A stretch of 63,834 bases of DNA, filler included, from Octopus bimaculoides (GCF_001194135.2; 7 parts of 6 records of this genome joined end to end with filler, not necessarily neighbours in it); one strand, 5' to 3'; positions 11,460 through 24,417 are shown, counted from the first letter of the whole stretch. Notes: generated by a model not told the origin, from the sequence alone. Made by a program: numbers and translations.

Positions 11460-12609
11460 TACAAGAGGGTGCAGAAAGTTCTTGGCTTTGAGTAAAAGAA
11501 ATTACTGGAGGATCAGTTAATTATGGTATTATTCACCATATTCCCTTCTCAGATTCACACAAATATTGCAGTGGTCCTTCAGTTTTTGTAAGCCCTGTAA
11601 AAGAACACAGAAGGCTGGGCCTCCAACCAGGCCTTTCATGATACCCTTAGGATCTTTCTGATTTGACAGGCAACACTTGTTTTCTTAACGAAACACTTTC
11701 AAACTTGGGACACTGGTAGAATGTGTCATATAAAACAACTTCTTCTCTTAACCTTCTTAACAAAAAATTGTACATCGCAAGTTATTTCATGTTAAAGTTG
11801 TCGTATTTCTGTAATTTCAACCAATCACTGACGTCTATTCAGCTGAATACAGTTAGTGCTGTTCGGTGTCAAGTGTGTTATTCCCTGTTTAATTATATCA
11901 TTATTCTTTAGTAAGGGTGTGGGTTTTAGGGTTCGGNNNNNNNNNNNNNNNNNNNNNNNNNNNNNNNNNNNNNNNNNNNNNNNNNNNNNNNNNNNNNNNN
12001 NNNNNNNNNNNNNNNNNNNNNNNNNNNNNNNNNNNNNNNNNNNNNNNNNNNNNNNNNNNNNNNNNNNNNNNNNNNNNNNNNNNNNNNNNNNNNNNNNNNN
12101 NNNNNNNNNNNNNNNNNNNNNNNNNNNNNNNNNNNNNNNNNNNNNNNNNNNNNNNNNNNNNNNNNNNNNNNNNNNNNNNNNNNNNNNNNNNNNNNNNNNN
12201 NNNNNNNNNNNNNNNNNNNNNNNNNNNNNNNNNNNNNNNNNNNNNNNNNNNNNNNNNNNNNATATACCGCTGATAGTTGTTGTTGACAACGGATAGTTTT
12301 TGTTGACAAACAACGGCACTAATTTTATTCAAGGGAAAAAATCCCGTAACACCGTTGTTTATATTCCACGGCGTAATTGTTTTCACCTCAATAGACGTCA
12401 GTGATTGGTTGAAATTACTGAAATACGACAATTTTTTACATGAAATAACTTCGAATACAAAATTTTTTATCTGTTCTATAACACAAAATATACAAGTATT
12501 CGAAGTTTGAAAGTGTTTCGGTACCAAAAACACTACATAAAAAAATATTGCCCGTCAAATCACAAAGACCCTACCCTTAAATCCGGGAACTTTTCAGCCC
12601 ACCCTTATA
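11460..12609. mobile_element. Mariner-type MITE (~230 bp) split by a nested insertion
   Basis: TA|CAAGAGGGTGCAGAAAGTTCTTGGCTTT at the left. Inverted end AAATCCGGGAACTTTTCAGCCCACCCTTA|TA at 12579-12609. TA flanks. Confidence 0.7.
11650..12571. mobile_element. Non-autonomous long-TIR DNA transposon (GGATC/GGGTC termini, 8-bp TSD; MULE- or Merlin-like)
   Basis: TSD TACCCTTA at 11642-11649 and 12572-12579. Ends GGATCTTTCTGATTTGACAGGCAA and TTGCCCGTCAAATCACAAAGACCC. A perfect 29-bp inverted block lies at 11811-11839 vs 12390-12418. The middle is a gap. Confidence 0.85.
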
Positions 12610-12864
12610 CATACATACATATGCACAGATAGGTAGGCTGACAAACAGGCAAACAAAAAGATAGATACAAAGACAGACATATTATGAAGAAGAGGCATTG
12701 CTATGTGGTTAAGCTATTTGCTTCCCAACCATATGGTTTTGAGTTCAATCCCCTTGCATAGCACTTTTCACTAGTGTATTTTACTGTAGTCCTAAGCTTC
12801 AGTGTATTTTGTGAGCATATTTTGATTGACAGAAAGCTGAAAGAAACCTGTCAAATATGCCTAT

Positions 12865-13184
12865 GAGTGGCTGTGTGGTAAGAAGCTTGCTTCCTACCTA
12901 CATGGTTCCAGGTTCAGTTTCATTGCATAACACTTTGGTCCTTGGGCCAACCAAAGTCTTGTGAGTGGATTTGGTAAACAGAAACTGAAAGAAGCCCATT
13001 GTACATATATGTGTGTGAGTATGTATATATTTGTGTCTATGTTTGTCCCCCCCCCCCCACAAGAGAAACTGTTAAAATAAGTACTAGGCTTAAAATATAG
13101 GTCCTGGTGTCAATTTGTTTGACTAAAGCCATTTGATTCAGTGCCCCAGCATGGCCACAGTCAAATGACTGAAACAAGTAAAAG
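12865..13184 (+). mobile_element. SINE family C, degenerate near-full copy
   Basis: GAGTGGCTGTGTGGTAAGAAGC head to GACTGAAACAAGTAAAAG tail. A further 5' fragment lies at ~12695-12850. Confidence 0.85.
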
Positions 13185-13469
13185 ATATATATGTGTGCGT
13201 GTTTGTGGGTACATGTATGTGTATTTGAGCTCATGAGTGTGTGTGTTTGTGCCCTTATCTCAATACAGTATGATAGTTGTGAATGAATGTCTCAGTCACA
13301 CAAATGATGGCACTGGTCTCCAGTCCTCTCTGAAGACATGACAGGCTAAGGGAGAAATATTACCATCCTCGGAAACAGTTGAGGATTGGTGACAGAAGAA
13401 TCATCTGGCTCATAGAAAATCTGGCTTAACCAATTCCAGCTGACCCATACAAGTATGGAACAATGAATG

Positions 13470-13501
<32 letters not shown>

Positions 13502-13860
13502 NNNNNNNNNNNNNNNNNNNNNNNNNNNNNNNNNNNNNNNNNNNNNNNNNNNNNNNNNNNNNNNNNNNNNNNNNNNNNNNNNNNNNNNNNNNNNNNNNNN
13601 NNNNNNNNNNNNNNNNNNNNNNNNNNNNNNNNNNNNNNNNNNNNNNNNNNNNNNNNNNNNNNNNNNNNNNNNNNNNNNNNNNNNNNNNNNNNNNNNNNNN
13701 NNNNNNNNNNNNNNNNNNNNNNNNNNNNNNNNNNNNNNNNNNNNNNNNNNNNNNNNNNNNNNNNNNNNNNNNNNNNNNNNNNNNNNNNNNATATATATAT
13801 ATATATATATATAAAACAATGGATGCATAAGTACTCACAACACACACACACACACACACT

Positions 13861-14088
13861 TATTTCTTTATTGCCTACAAGGGGCTAAACATAGAGGGGA
13901 CAAACAAAGACAGACATAGAGATTAAATCGATTACATCGACCCCAGTGCATAACTGGTTCTTAATCTGTCAACCCCGAAAGGATGAAAGGCAAAGTCGAC
14001 CTCGGTGGAATTTGAACTCAGAACGTAACGGCAGACAAAATACCGCTAAGCATTTCGCCCAGCCTGCTAACGTTTCTGCCAGCTCGCC
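13861..14088 (-). mobile_element. SINE family A monomer
   Basis: Ends ...CTAACGTTTCTGCCAGCTCGCC (reverse complement of the head). GGATGAAAGGCAAAGTCGACCTCGG core. Confidence 0.9.
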
Positions 14089-14210
14089 ACACACACACAC
14101 TTGTGCACATGCATGCACACACACATACGCACACACATGCACATATATATCTACATGCATGAATGTATGACATATGTATGTTGGTAGGTAGGTATGTATA
14201 AATGTGTATG

Positions 14211-14304
14211 TATGTTGGCAGGGAGATATGTATAAATATATATGTTGGTAGGGAGATATGTATAAATATATATGTTGGTAGGGAGGTATGTATAAATATA
14301 TATG
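14211..14304 (+). repeat. 30-bp minisatellite x3
   Basis: Unit TATGTTGGTAGGGAGATATGTATAAATATA. Confidence 0.95.
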
Positions 14305-14621
14305 TGCTACATAGAGCATTTATTTTTACAAGGGAAAATGTTGATAAAGACTTGTGAAAAACACATTACTCTACTTCAAATATTTGTTAAAATTTGGTTA
14401 TACTTATGTATATTTATACACATTGCATCAATGCAAACATACGTGTGTGTGTGTACACACACATGCATAAATATCGATGCATGTGTCTATCTGTCTTTTT
14501 TCTTTCTCTCTCTCTTTATCTATTTATGGGTGTGTGCATGCACCTACCTTTGTATGTATGTGTGCATGTATCAATTGGTTATATATGTATATATATATAT
14601 ATAGATAGATAGGTTGGTAGG

Positions 14622-14655
<34 letters not shown>

Positions 14656-15418
14656 CATGCATATACACACACTCACTCACACACACACAACTCATTATAC
14701 CTATATTCATGTTACATAAACAAATTCATTCAGATACTCTTACATTTGTTCAAGAGCTGCATGTGTGTACATGAAAGCATAGACTCATGTATGCACCTGT
14801 TGTTATAAAATGATGAATCCTTTCTTTTTTTTTTATGCATTAAAATACCCGAAGAACACGTTACAAAAAAATAATTCTGCGATAAAAAGAAAAAAAGAAA
14901 CAAGACGGGCAATGAAGAATTTGAAACGTGGTTTATTCCATAATTTAGAACAGAAATATTTCAGAAAAATATATTTAAGTGTTTGTATTTGAGGTACCGA
15001 ATGTATTTAATAGCATTGGTTTTCATATAACCAAAAGAAATTCCATGTTTTAACTAACACAGCACATACATACTCAGAAAACATTTCGCATATTATACTA
15101 TTCTTAATAAACTTACAGACAACATACATGCACACATAATTATATTAAGTGTATACAAATATAATTATTGAATACAAGCATACAGTAATCCCTTGACTAT
15201 TGTGGGTGTTCCATTCCAAAACACCTCACAATAGATGAAAATCTGCAAAGTAGAAACAGTACTGTACTGTATAGTTTTTTTTTTATTATCTTTATAATTG
15301 ATATATATTTATTTTATTATAAATGCAAAACAACACCACAGACGAATCAGCATAAGCTTAAATAATAAACTGCGATAAGTGAACCACGATAGGTGAAATG
15401 CAAAATAGGAAGGGATTA

Positions 15419-15460
<42 letters not shown>

Positions 15461-15627
15461 CCAGCCGAAATTGCAAGGATAATCTGGATCTCAACTGAAG
15501 AGAGAAAACTTCGAATGACATGTCCATGTTTTCTTTGTATCGTCTATCTGTATGTTTTGTCCCTTTCTTGTATCACCTGTCTGGATATTTTGCGTTCTTG
15601 TCCCATCCTGTATTATTTGTGTGTATA

Positions 15628-15873
15628 TATATATGATAGTGTACAAACAATTTACATATTTATACACGAAAGAGGTGACCTTTAAAAGGATACCTTACAT
15701 GCTAGAAAGAGCAGTTAAAGCCCAAACCATGAATAGCGCAATTTTATTCCCTTTGAAATTGCTCTTATTTGTGGTTTGGGCTTTAACTGCCCTTTCTAGC
15801 ATGTAAGATATCCTATTAAAGGTCACCTCTTTCGTGTATAAATATGTAAATTGTTTGTACGCTATCATATATG
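15628..15873. mobile_element. Foldback/MITE-like palindrome with ~115-bp arms
   Basis: 15641-15685 is a perfect 45-bp reverse complement of 15816-15860. Loop about 12 nt; TA-rich left flank. Confidence 0.85.
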
Positions 15874-16582
15874 AAAATTTGTTGTCTATTGACTTTATTA
15901 TAGACGCTAGCCACTGGTATGAAAATTTTCCTAAATTTTCTACCCTTATTATTTTCATTTGTTTTCATAGTTTATGTTGTTTACAGTTTGTGATGTCCTG
16001 TACCCATATATGGGTGAGTGGATTCGGTAGAGGGAAACTGAAAGAAGCCTGTCATATATATGTTGTGTATCTGTGTTTGTCCCCCCAACATCACTTGACA
16101 ACCNNNNNNNNNNNNNNNNNNNNNNNNNNNNNNNNNNNNNNNNNNNNNNNNNNNNNNNNNNNNNNNNNNNNNNNNNNNNNNNNNNNNNNNNNNNNNNNNN
16201 NNNNNNNNNNNNNNNNNNNNNNNNNNNNNNNNNNNNNNNNNNNNNNNNNNNNNNNNNNNNNNNNNNNNNNNNNNNNNNNNNNNNNNNNNNNNNNNNNNNN
16301 NNNNNNNNNNNNNNNNNNNNNNNNNNNNNNNNNNNNNNNNNNNNNNNNNNNNNNNNNNNNNNNNNNNNNNNNNNNNNNNNNNNNNNNNNNNNNNNNNNNN
16401 NNNNNNNNNNNNNNNNNNNNNNNNNNNNNNNNNNNNNNNNNNNNNNNNNNNNNNNNNNNNNNNNNNNNNNNNNNNNNNNNNNNNNNNNNNNNNNNNNNNN
16501 NNNNNNNNNNNNNNNNNNNNNNNNNNNNNNNNNNNNNNNNNNNNNNNNNNNNNNNNNNNNNNNNNNNNNNNNNNNNNNNNNN

Positions 16583-16618
<36 letters not shown>

Positions 16619-16667
16619 TCATCTTTTTATCATCATCATCTTTTAACGGATGCTTTCCATGCTGGCA

Positions 16668-16698
<31 letters not shown>

Positions 16699-17843
16699 GT
16701 ACACATGTATGCATGTATGTATATGTGTGTGTATACATATGTTACATATATATATATATATATGTAGATATATATTATACCTCTGTATATCCACATACAT
16801 AGAATTATTTTATATCTATATATTTTTATATATATAGATATATGAGGGCATACATACACACACACACACACATATATAGATATATACATATGTAAGTTCC
16901 AACAGCTATATGTTCCAATATACTTACAAACACTTAATATTCTTTAGCTTATTTGGTTCATCAAATTAAGTAAAACAGGTGCATTTTTAAGAAAAAACAT
17001 TGAACATGAACGACAATGTAGCTATGAAACCATTGTCTTTAAAAGTAACATAACTGCAGAAAGTATTCTACCTATGCTACCCTGTATCAATTGGTGCTTG
17101 TACACTGGCTGCTTGAGATAGTGGAGGACAATTGCTGTTCTAATGATGCCTGTTGTGACAGAAACATGTAACCAACGCTGTCCTCTTACCTCCAAGCAAT
17201 AAGCCAGCTTCCTTTTCTTTGTAGCATATCAACTTTGGAGAATTTTTGATTTTTTGAAATTATTACCTCTTCTCAAGTGGAGCTGTTCGTAGTTGCCATT
17301 TGTAATTGTTACCTCATCCTCTAAAAGTGGAGATAATTTTAATAAATCAAGAATTTTATGTTGGGAGGCATTTGATACCTCTGTATCTATCTATCTATCT
17401 ATCTGTCTGTCTGCCTGTCTGCCTGCCTTCCTTCCTTCCTGCCTGCCTGTCTGTCTGTCTGTCTATGTATGTATGTATGTATGTATGTATGTATGTATAT
17501 GTATTTGATGGTTATATGTATATCCAACATATCCAACTATTAACCTTTTATTTGTTTTTCTCTGCAACTCTTTCACTCAATTTCCCATCTATAAACCATT
17601 CTTCTGCTCCCACTACCAGTGATGCTGATATCAAATTGCTTAGTGACATCATAACAAAAAGAAGATGAGTACAGATTTATTCAGATTGACAGATATGTCC
17701 ATTCAGTTTACTTTACATATGATATGAGAAACATATACAAGACCGCTATATAATGCTTATGTAGAGAACTATTGCATTCTTTCATGTGTTTTGTACCACA
17801 AATTTAATAAAACTGATATACATTATATATATATATATATATG

Positions 17844-17877
<34 letters not shown>

Positions 17878-17969
17878 AACATATTAAATGAGGATAATGT
17901 CAACAATATATTTCTCACTTTCCTAAAGAAGCCCCAATGAGGAGACTTTTAAGTTGTGGCATAAGCAAA

Positions 17970-18197
17970 TTATTTCTGTTTACTCTTAGAAATTGTGTAT
18001 GTAAACAGAGTGAGAGAGAGGTGATGTGGTCTTAGTAAAGGCAATCCATCTAGGGGAGTAGCAACTCTGAACAAAAACTGATATATAGTAGAAGGGGACA
18101 CTTCAGTAATCTCAAACAATGTCTTCCATTCTATTGATACAATATGAGGCATAGAATCCATACAGTAGGCATGGTTTGTGATAGGAATGACATCTAA
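17970..18197 (-). CDS. Candidate coding exon with a fibronectin type III-like motif
   Basis: Acceptor ATACTTTTATACAG| at 18198, then 75 open codons: LDVIPITNHAYCMDSMPHIVSIEWKTLFEITEVSPSTIYQFLFRVATPLDG... The segment VSPSTIYQFLFRVA resembles the FN3 LxPxTxYxFxVxA motif. No partner exons identified. Confidence 0.25.
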   Translation of the reverse strand, partial: LDVIPITNHAYCMDSMPHIVSIEWKTLFEITEVSPSTIYQFLFRVATPLDGLPLLRPHHLSLTLFTYTISKSKQK

Positions 18198-18595
18198 CTG
18201 TATAAAAGTATAATGCTAAAAGTATAATGCTAAAAGCATGAGACTAAGAACCCCTAATTCAGATAATACCAACAAGAAGCAGTGGTGAACAGGCTCACTG
18301 GTTATTCATGCTGCCAGCACCTGTTTTGACACTGTTTTTTCTGTATATCACTGGTAGGGAGATGAGATGTTACTATCTCTAGTGGTCAAGCATCCGTAGA
18401 AGTCATGTGATCTGGTGGTCTCAGCACTGGAAATGGCAGGGATTTATCTCCCCACTAGTAACATAGACAAGCATACATTTTGCACCAAAAGCCAATATAA
18501 GAGTTTCTCTCATGGTATCTACCACAGTGTAGTTTGTTCTAACAGAACATCCACATTTAGCTTGGGATAAATATTACCTCTCAATATACATAAAT

Positions 18596-19292
18596 AGGAT
18601 CTTTTCCATTTGGCTGCCAATTTCAATTTCTGCTTGAATTGATTTCATATTCAATGTAATGATACACTTTAATAGTCTAATCAATGTCATGAAAATCATT
18701 TTTGCTATAAATCAATAAATAAAGAGTTATTAGCGATTAAAGTTTGAAAATTTTGGGTAATTTTAGCCAGTCATAAGCCACAAACACATTCGTGCCTATT
18801 TCCATAGTAACAAGATGAATATGAGAACTCCTTTGTCTGCAAGAAAGCATGTCCTGACAAATATATTGAAACCACTTGTTGATACTGTGTTCTACGGTTT
18901 CACCCACCAAAATGCATGTCGAATGCTTGAATGTTTGTTTTTTTCAAAATATATAATTTGTAATGTGCTGTTTATCACATTAAATGCGTATTGAATGCTT
19001 AAAACTACAAAAGACATGTTGTTTACTCATTTTCCACATGTAGAATACAAATATTGACAATACGTGCTATTTTCAGGATGTTGACAAAATGTGCTGTCAT
19101 GCACAAAATGACAGCTTCCAAATCCTGTTTCCTGACTGGGGGAAAATGATCACAATTTAAACCTCTATAACATTTTTAAAAGTGAAATAAATCCAGCAGT
19201 TCAGCTTGAAAAACTACGTTAATGTACCAAATCTTAAAATTTTCGACAAACTTTAATTTTTGAAAACTTGGCAGCCAAACAGAAAGAATCCC
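18596..19292. mobile_element. Old element with ~26-bp imperfect terminal inverted repeats
   Basis: GGATCTTTTCCATTTGGCTGCCAA (18597-18620) vs TTGGCAGCCAAACAGAAAGAATCC (19268-19291). An internal segment at ~18762 recurs at ~21707. Confidence 0.45.
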
Positions 19293-20361
19293 ATAAATAT
19301 ATGCACTTCCAATGAAAAATTAATAATAAGAAGGAAACAGTTTACCATAAAAGATAACATGTTATAAATTCTGGATTAATTCATGGATATTTCAACCTTT
19401 TGTGTCAATATTTCTAATGAAATACACCAGCAATTTGTTTTATAATTAATTTTGAAAATAATCAAGGATTTGGAAGGATTTAAGGAAATAACTTCGTTAT
19501 TATAAAGCTGATCTTTTGAACATAAATTTAATAAGGAATTCCTTACATAAAATTAAGATGGAAGGTTTTCATTTAAATGTGAATTCTTCAAAACAGGAAG
19601 CTCTCTATCATAAAATCAGGGGTGATATCAGGCAGATTAATATCAAAAGGATTAATGATGTATTTGGATACAGTTCTTTGATTACTTGTATTCAACTTCT
19701 TTAATAAGGAAGTGACTGACAGTCTGTTTCCTGTCTTATAGGTCTTAATTTCTTGAACTTATGAAATCTTTAGATTGTTACTTATTTTACATAAAACTGC
19801 TGCCAAATTTCAGCCAAATCACATTCTACTATCTTAGAATAATTTGCTTTTCATAATACATCTGTTCAGTTAAGATTGGTCTGGAAAATAACTGTCACAA
19901 AAAGTTGTTTTTTTCTACTGAATCTCATTTTTAATTTTTATTGCTAACTCTATTTTAATATTCATGAAATATAAACTGCTGTAAGAAAAAAAAAACCCCT
20001 TGTTAGATTCCTTTGAATATGAATCTATCCTCCTCTTCCTCCAGATCATCATCATCATCCTTTTCATTATTGTTATTGTCATCGTTTTGATGTCCGCTTT
20101 TCCATGTTGGTATGGGTTAGGCAGAATTTGCTGAGACAGATTTTCTATAGTAGGATATGCTTCATGTCACCAACCCTCACCTCTTTCCAAGTAATATAAT
20201 ACTTCCTCATGACCAGGCATGTTTTCACAAGATATTGGAAATGAAGGACACTACTTCCATTGTAGTGAGACTAGTTTGCTAGAATCACACACACACACAA
20301 ATGCACGTACACATCCATACATACACATACGTTTATATGTGTGGGTGGATATATATATGTG

Positions 20362-21115
20362 TACAGGATGCAATGGGTAAACTGTCACCATTTTATATCT
20401 TTAATGTCACACGTGCACATTGTTTGTTTTTGATTTTGCTGACTACACAGTATAGTAGGATCAGTTGGGCACTATCTGTGAAAAAAATAACACATGACAC
20501 AATTTACTCTGCCAGAAATTTGGAAACAAAATTCTGTACTGCTTGGCACTCATGCTGGAAGCTCCAATACAAACAGATGGTGAACACACAGAACAACAGT
20601 TGGCTTGCCGTGTCCCCAAAACATGTACTGAGAGTGATAAAAATCAAACAACCAGTCAACATCATGGTGTTTGGACTGATCACTAGTGACGGCAACGTTA
20701 TGCTTCCATTCATCTTCCCACATGGCCTCACACTCAATGCAGAGGCTTACATCAAGAGGAAGTAGTGCTGCCCTGAGTCAAGTGGGTAACTGCAGGAAGA
20801 CCATGCACCACATAAGCAGGAGAACCCAGTCATGGCTGTCAGACAATTTCTGAAACCACATCACCCACTAACATCTGGCCACCTAACTCCCCAGACTGCA
20901 ACCCCCTTGATTATTATGTGTGGGGCACAGTTGAGCAAGAGACCAACAAAACTCATTGTAACACCAAAGATGAACTGAAGGCAAGGCTTATAGCAGCATT
21001 CACCAACTCAAACAAGGAGACCATCCAGAAGAGTTGCAAAAGATTCTGAAGTCATCTGGAAGCCCTGGTTGAAGCCAATAGCTATTTTATTGAATAAATT
21101 TACTCTTAAGTATTT
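20362..21115 (+). mobile_element. Tc1/mariner (maT/DD37D-like) transposon remnant with internal deletions
   Basis: TA|CAGGATG left end. Translation ...PVNIMVFGLITSDGNVMLPFIFPHGLTLNAEAYIK... and WPPNSPDCNPLDYYVWGTVEQETNKTHCNTKDELKARLIAAF. Stops and frameshifts; the QQD region is deleted. Confidence 0.9.
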
Positions 21116-21346
21116 CAAGATATGGCTGTGTGGTAAGTAGCTTGCTTACCAACCACATGGTATTCACCACACCCTGTATATAGACAACTGGCTTTTTTCA
21201 GTTTCTTTTTCCCAAATTCATGTACATGGTTTTAGTCAGCCCATGACCATAGCAGAGGACAGTTGCTCAAGATGCTATGGAATGGGATTGAACTCAGAAC
21301 CACACAGCCATGCCTGCACCTATATATATATATATATATATATATA

Positions 21347-21557
21347 TTCTTTTATTCTTTTATTTGTTTCGGTCATTTGACTGTGGCTATGCAGGAGCAC
21401 TGCCTTTAGTCAAACAAATCAACCCCAGGACTTATTCTTTGTAAACCTAGAACTTATTCTATTGGTTCCTTTTGCTGAACCGCTAAGTTATGGGGACGTA
21501 AACACACCAACATCAGTTGTGAAATGATGGTGGCGGGAGGACAAACACAGACACACA

Positions 21558-21616
<59 letters not shown>

Positions 21617-21705
21617 CTTTCAGTTTCCGTCTATCAAATCCACTCACAAGGCTTTGGTCTGCCTGAGGATATAGTAGAAGACATATATGGGACTGAACCC
21701 AGTAA
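21347..21705 (-). mobile_element. SINE family C (5'-damaged); a separate 5' half lies at 21170-21321
   Basis: Colinear with 9222-9635. Confidence 0.88.
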
Positions 21706-23185
21706 TTTGGGTAATTTTAGCCAATCGTAAGCCACAGACACTTTCATGCCTGTTTTCATATATAAATATAAATATTCAATAGTTATTTATTCCATTTATA
21801 CATGTGCTAATTCTTTTTCCAGCTTCTTTATGGCTGATCTTCAAGGTATGGCTGTCATCAATCATGAAGTGAAATAATTCTGTTGTTTTAGTTGTTATTG
21901 TTGTTGGTGTTGCCACTGCTGCTGCTGCCATTGTTATTTTGTCTCCATGTTAGCCCTTATTGAGCAGACCAAAGACGAAAGGGGTCTAATCACAACCATC
22001 TTATTTCTTTATACGTCCTAGACAATCTTTGCCTATATGTTATGGAGGGCAATTTGAGGAAGTTTCTCTGCTACTTCTAGTTAAATGAATGACCATATAG
22101 CAGCTACTTCATGTGAATTATTGGATTTTTCATGACTATTTCTAGCAGGTCATATGACCACAAACAGTTTATTTTTTTTTCATTGGCTCAAAAGAATACC
22201 TTCTTCCCAACCATTTAGGTGATAACAGTTAATTTCTTTTAGTGAGATCCTTCAAGCTTAAATATGAGAGAGGGAGAGGGAAGGTGACAGAGGGAGACCT
22301 TACACTAATTACATCAATTAACGATGAATAAATAATGATAATGATTTCTTTTGAATAATAAACATAACAATAAGAACAACAACAATAATGATAAAAACAA
22401 TAAAGATGATGATGATGATGATTACAATGATGATGACAATGATAAAGGGGTGTTAGATGAAGAGGACATTATAAAATCAGGTAACATAAAGTGTTAGGGT
22501 TTCTATAAAATGGAAGGAAGTGGTGAAAGTAGAAGAAAAATAAAATCATCATTATTATCATAAAAACAGAAGTGGTGGAAACATTGGCAGCGGTGGTGGA
22601 GAGAGCAGGAGCAGTAGCAGCAGCAGTGGTGGAGGCGGCGACGGCAGCAGTGGCAGTAGTAGTAGTGGTGGTGGTAGTGGTAAAGATGTTGGCACAGAAT
22701 TTGTAACAACAACAAAAAATATATATACAATAAAGGAACACAAATGAGTTGAAATAATAAAAATAGAAGCAAAACACGTATTTTGAAAAAAATCCTGTCA
22801 CAGTAATAATTAAATTATAGCAAGAAGCTTTGAGCTCTTTTACAGTAATTCCCTTTTTTCTGTTCCTTAGAAAAATGTTGCAAATGTTCTGTTTTATTTT
22901 ATTATATTTAAATTTTTTTTTTAGTTGGCTGGAGAGACAGAAATGTGTTTAGATGTGTAACCGTATATGTATTTGTATGTCTATGTGAGGGTATGTATCC
23001 CTTTGTGCTTGTGTGTATATGTACACACACACACACACGTGCACACACAGAAATATATATATGTATATATATATTTTTTTTTATATATATGCTATTTATA
23101 TTATACATACATACATGCATGTATGTTCATATGTTTTCATATATGTATGACAGTATATTCGTATGTATGTATATAGGTAGGCATG

Positions 23186-23331
23186 TCATTGTTCAGTTTT
23201 ATTTCTAGATTTCTTGCCAATAGAGAAAGTTGGTTTCTAACCTAGATTCAAGGCTCCATCATTGGAATTTCAACCTCAACAACAGAGTATTTTTGTGTGT
23301 ATGTATGTATGTATGTATGTATGTATGTATG
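23186..23331 (+). repeat. Short dispersed repeat tied to (ATGT)n; second copy at 29861-29975
   Basis: GATTTCTTG(C/T)CAATAGAGAAAG...GGTTTCTAACC(T/A)AGAT(T/C)CAAGGCT...TGGAATTTCAA in both copies. Confidence 0.85.
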
Positions 23332-24417
23332 CCATGACTATTACTGGACCAGCATTGGCTGCCAGAGCACCCACTTTACTCTGTGACTTACATTGCATTA
23401 AGAGGGGCATCTAACTGTAGAAACCCTGCTGAAACAAACATTCAACTTTGGCATAGTCCTCTGGCTCAACAATTTCTATCAAGCCATCAAACCCATGCTG
23501 ACAGGAAAAATGGATGCTAAACAATGGGGATGATATGATTGCTTGGAAGACTGAGTGGTTGAAAAGTTAACATTGCCTTCCTGAGGTTTGATCTCATTGC
23601 GAGAAATTTTTGGCAAGTGCTTTTACCATGGCTTTGTGAATGAAACTTGATAGACAGAAACTGTGTGGAAGCCTCTCGGATCAATTGTATATGTAATTTA
23701 ATGTTTTGTCACATATTGTGCCACACTGATTCAACTTGGGGTCTGCATTTAGAATGGCCATGCCTGAAGAATACTCAGTCACTTGCATAGAAAATAAATG
23801 AGCAGGTTGTTCTGAGTAAACAACTGAAAGCTCATTATTGAAACGAAAGGGAAATCTATCACATACGCACTACTACTAATAGTTTTATTGAGACAACCCC
23901 TGTTGTCTTGATACAAAACACTGTTTCTTAATTGTCTAGTTTTATTCATCCAATCATGTGATATGATTCTATCATGTGACGTTTTCTTACTCTTATGTGA
24001 TTTATGATTTAGCTAATGGCTATTCATCCAGTCGTGTGGCACTTTATTGACTCTATCAATTGACATTTTTTATACATTGATTCATATTATAGATTCATTC
24101 TTTTTCACCTTGCAGCACTTTTTTTTAGCCCAGTCTTATTCATTTACATCATGAACAATTGAAAATACAGTTTACCATTTTACATTTCATTTTGGAATAA
24201 TTGCAATATTTTTTTGCTCATTAATAAAATCATTATCTGAGCACAATATCATTATTCACTCTTACATTTTAACATTTATCATCTGCTTTAAAAATCACTG
24301 TTCCAAAAAAGAATTATTTCAAGTTTCTTGAAGTTAATAAAAATCCTTATGATGTCAACAACATACAATTCTCGCTGATCAAAATAAGGCTTCTTAAAAT
24401 GGATAGAGAAATTCAAA

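Noticed and set aside
15495-15524. CTGAAGA-GAG-AAAAC-TTC-GAAT-GACATGTC hammerhead-like string
   Set aside because: A15.1 is missing, helix III does not pair in register, and there is no helix I. At best a decayed relic.
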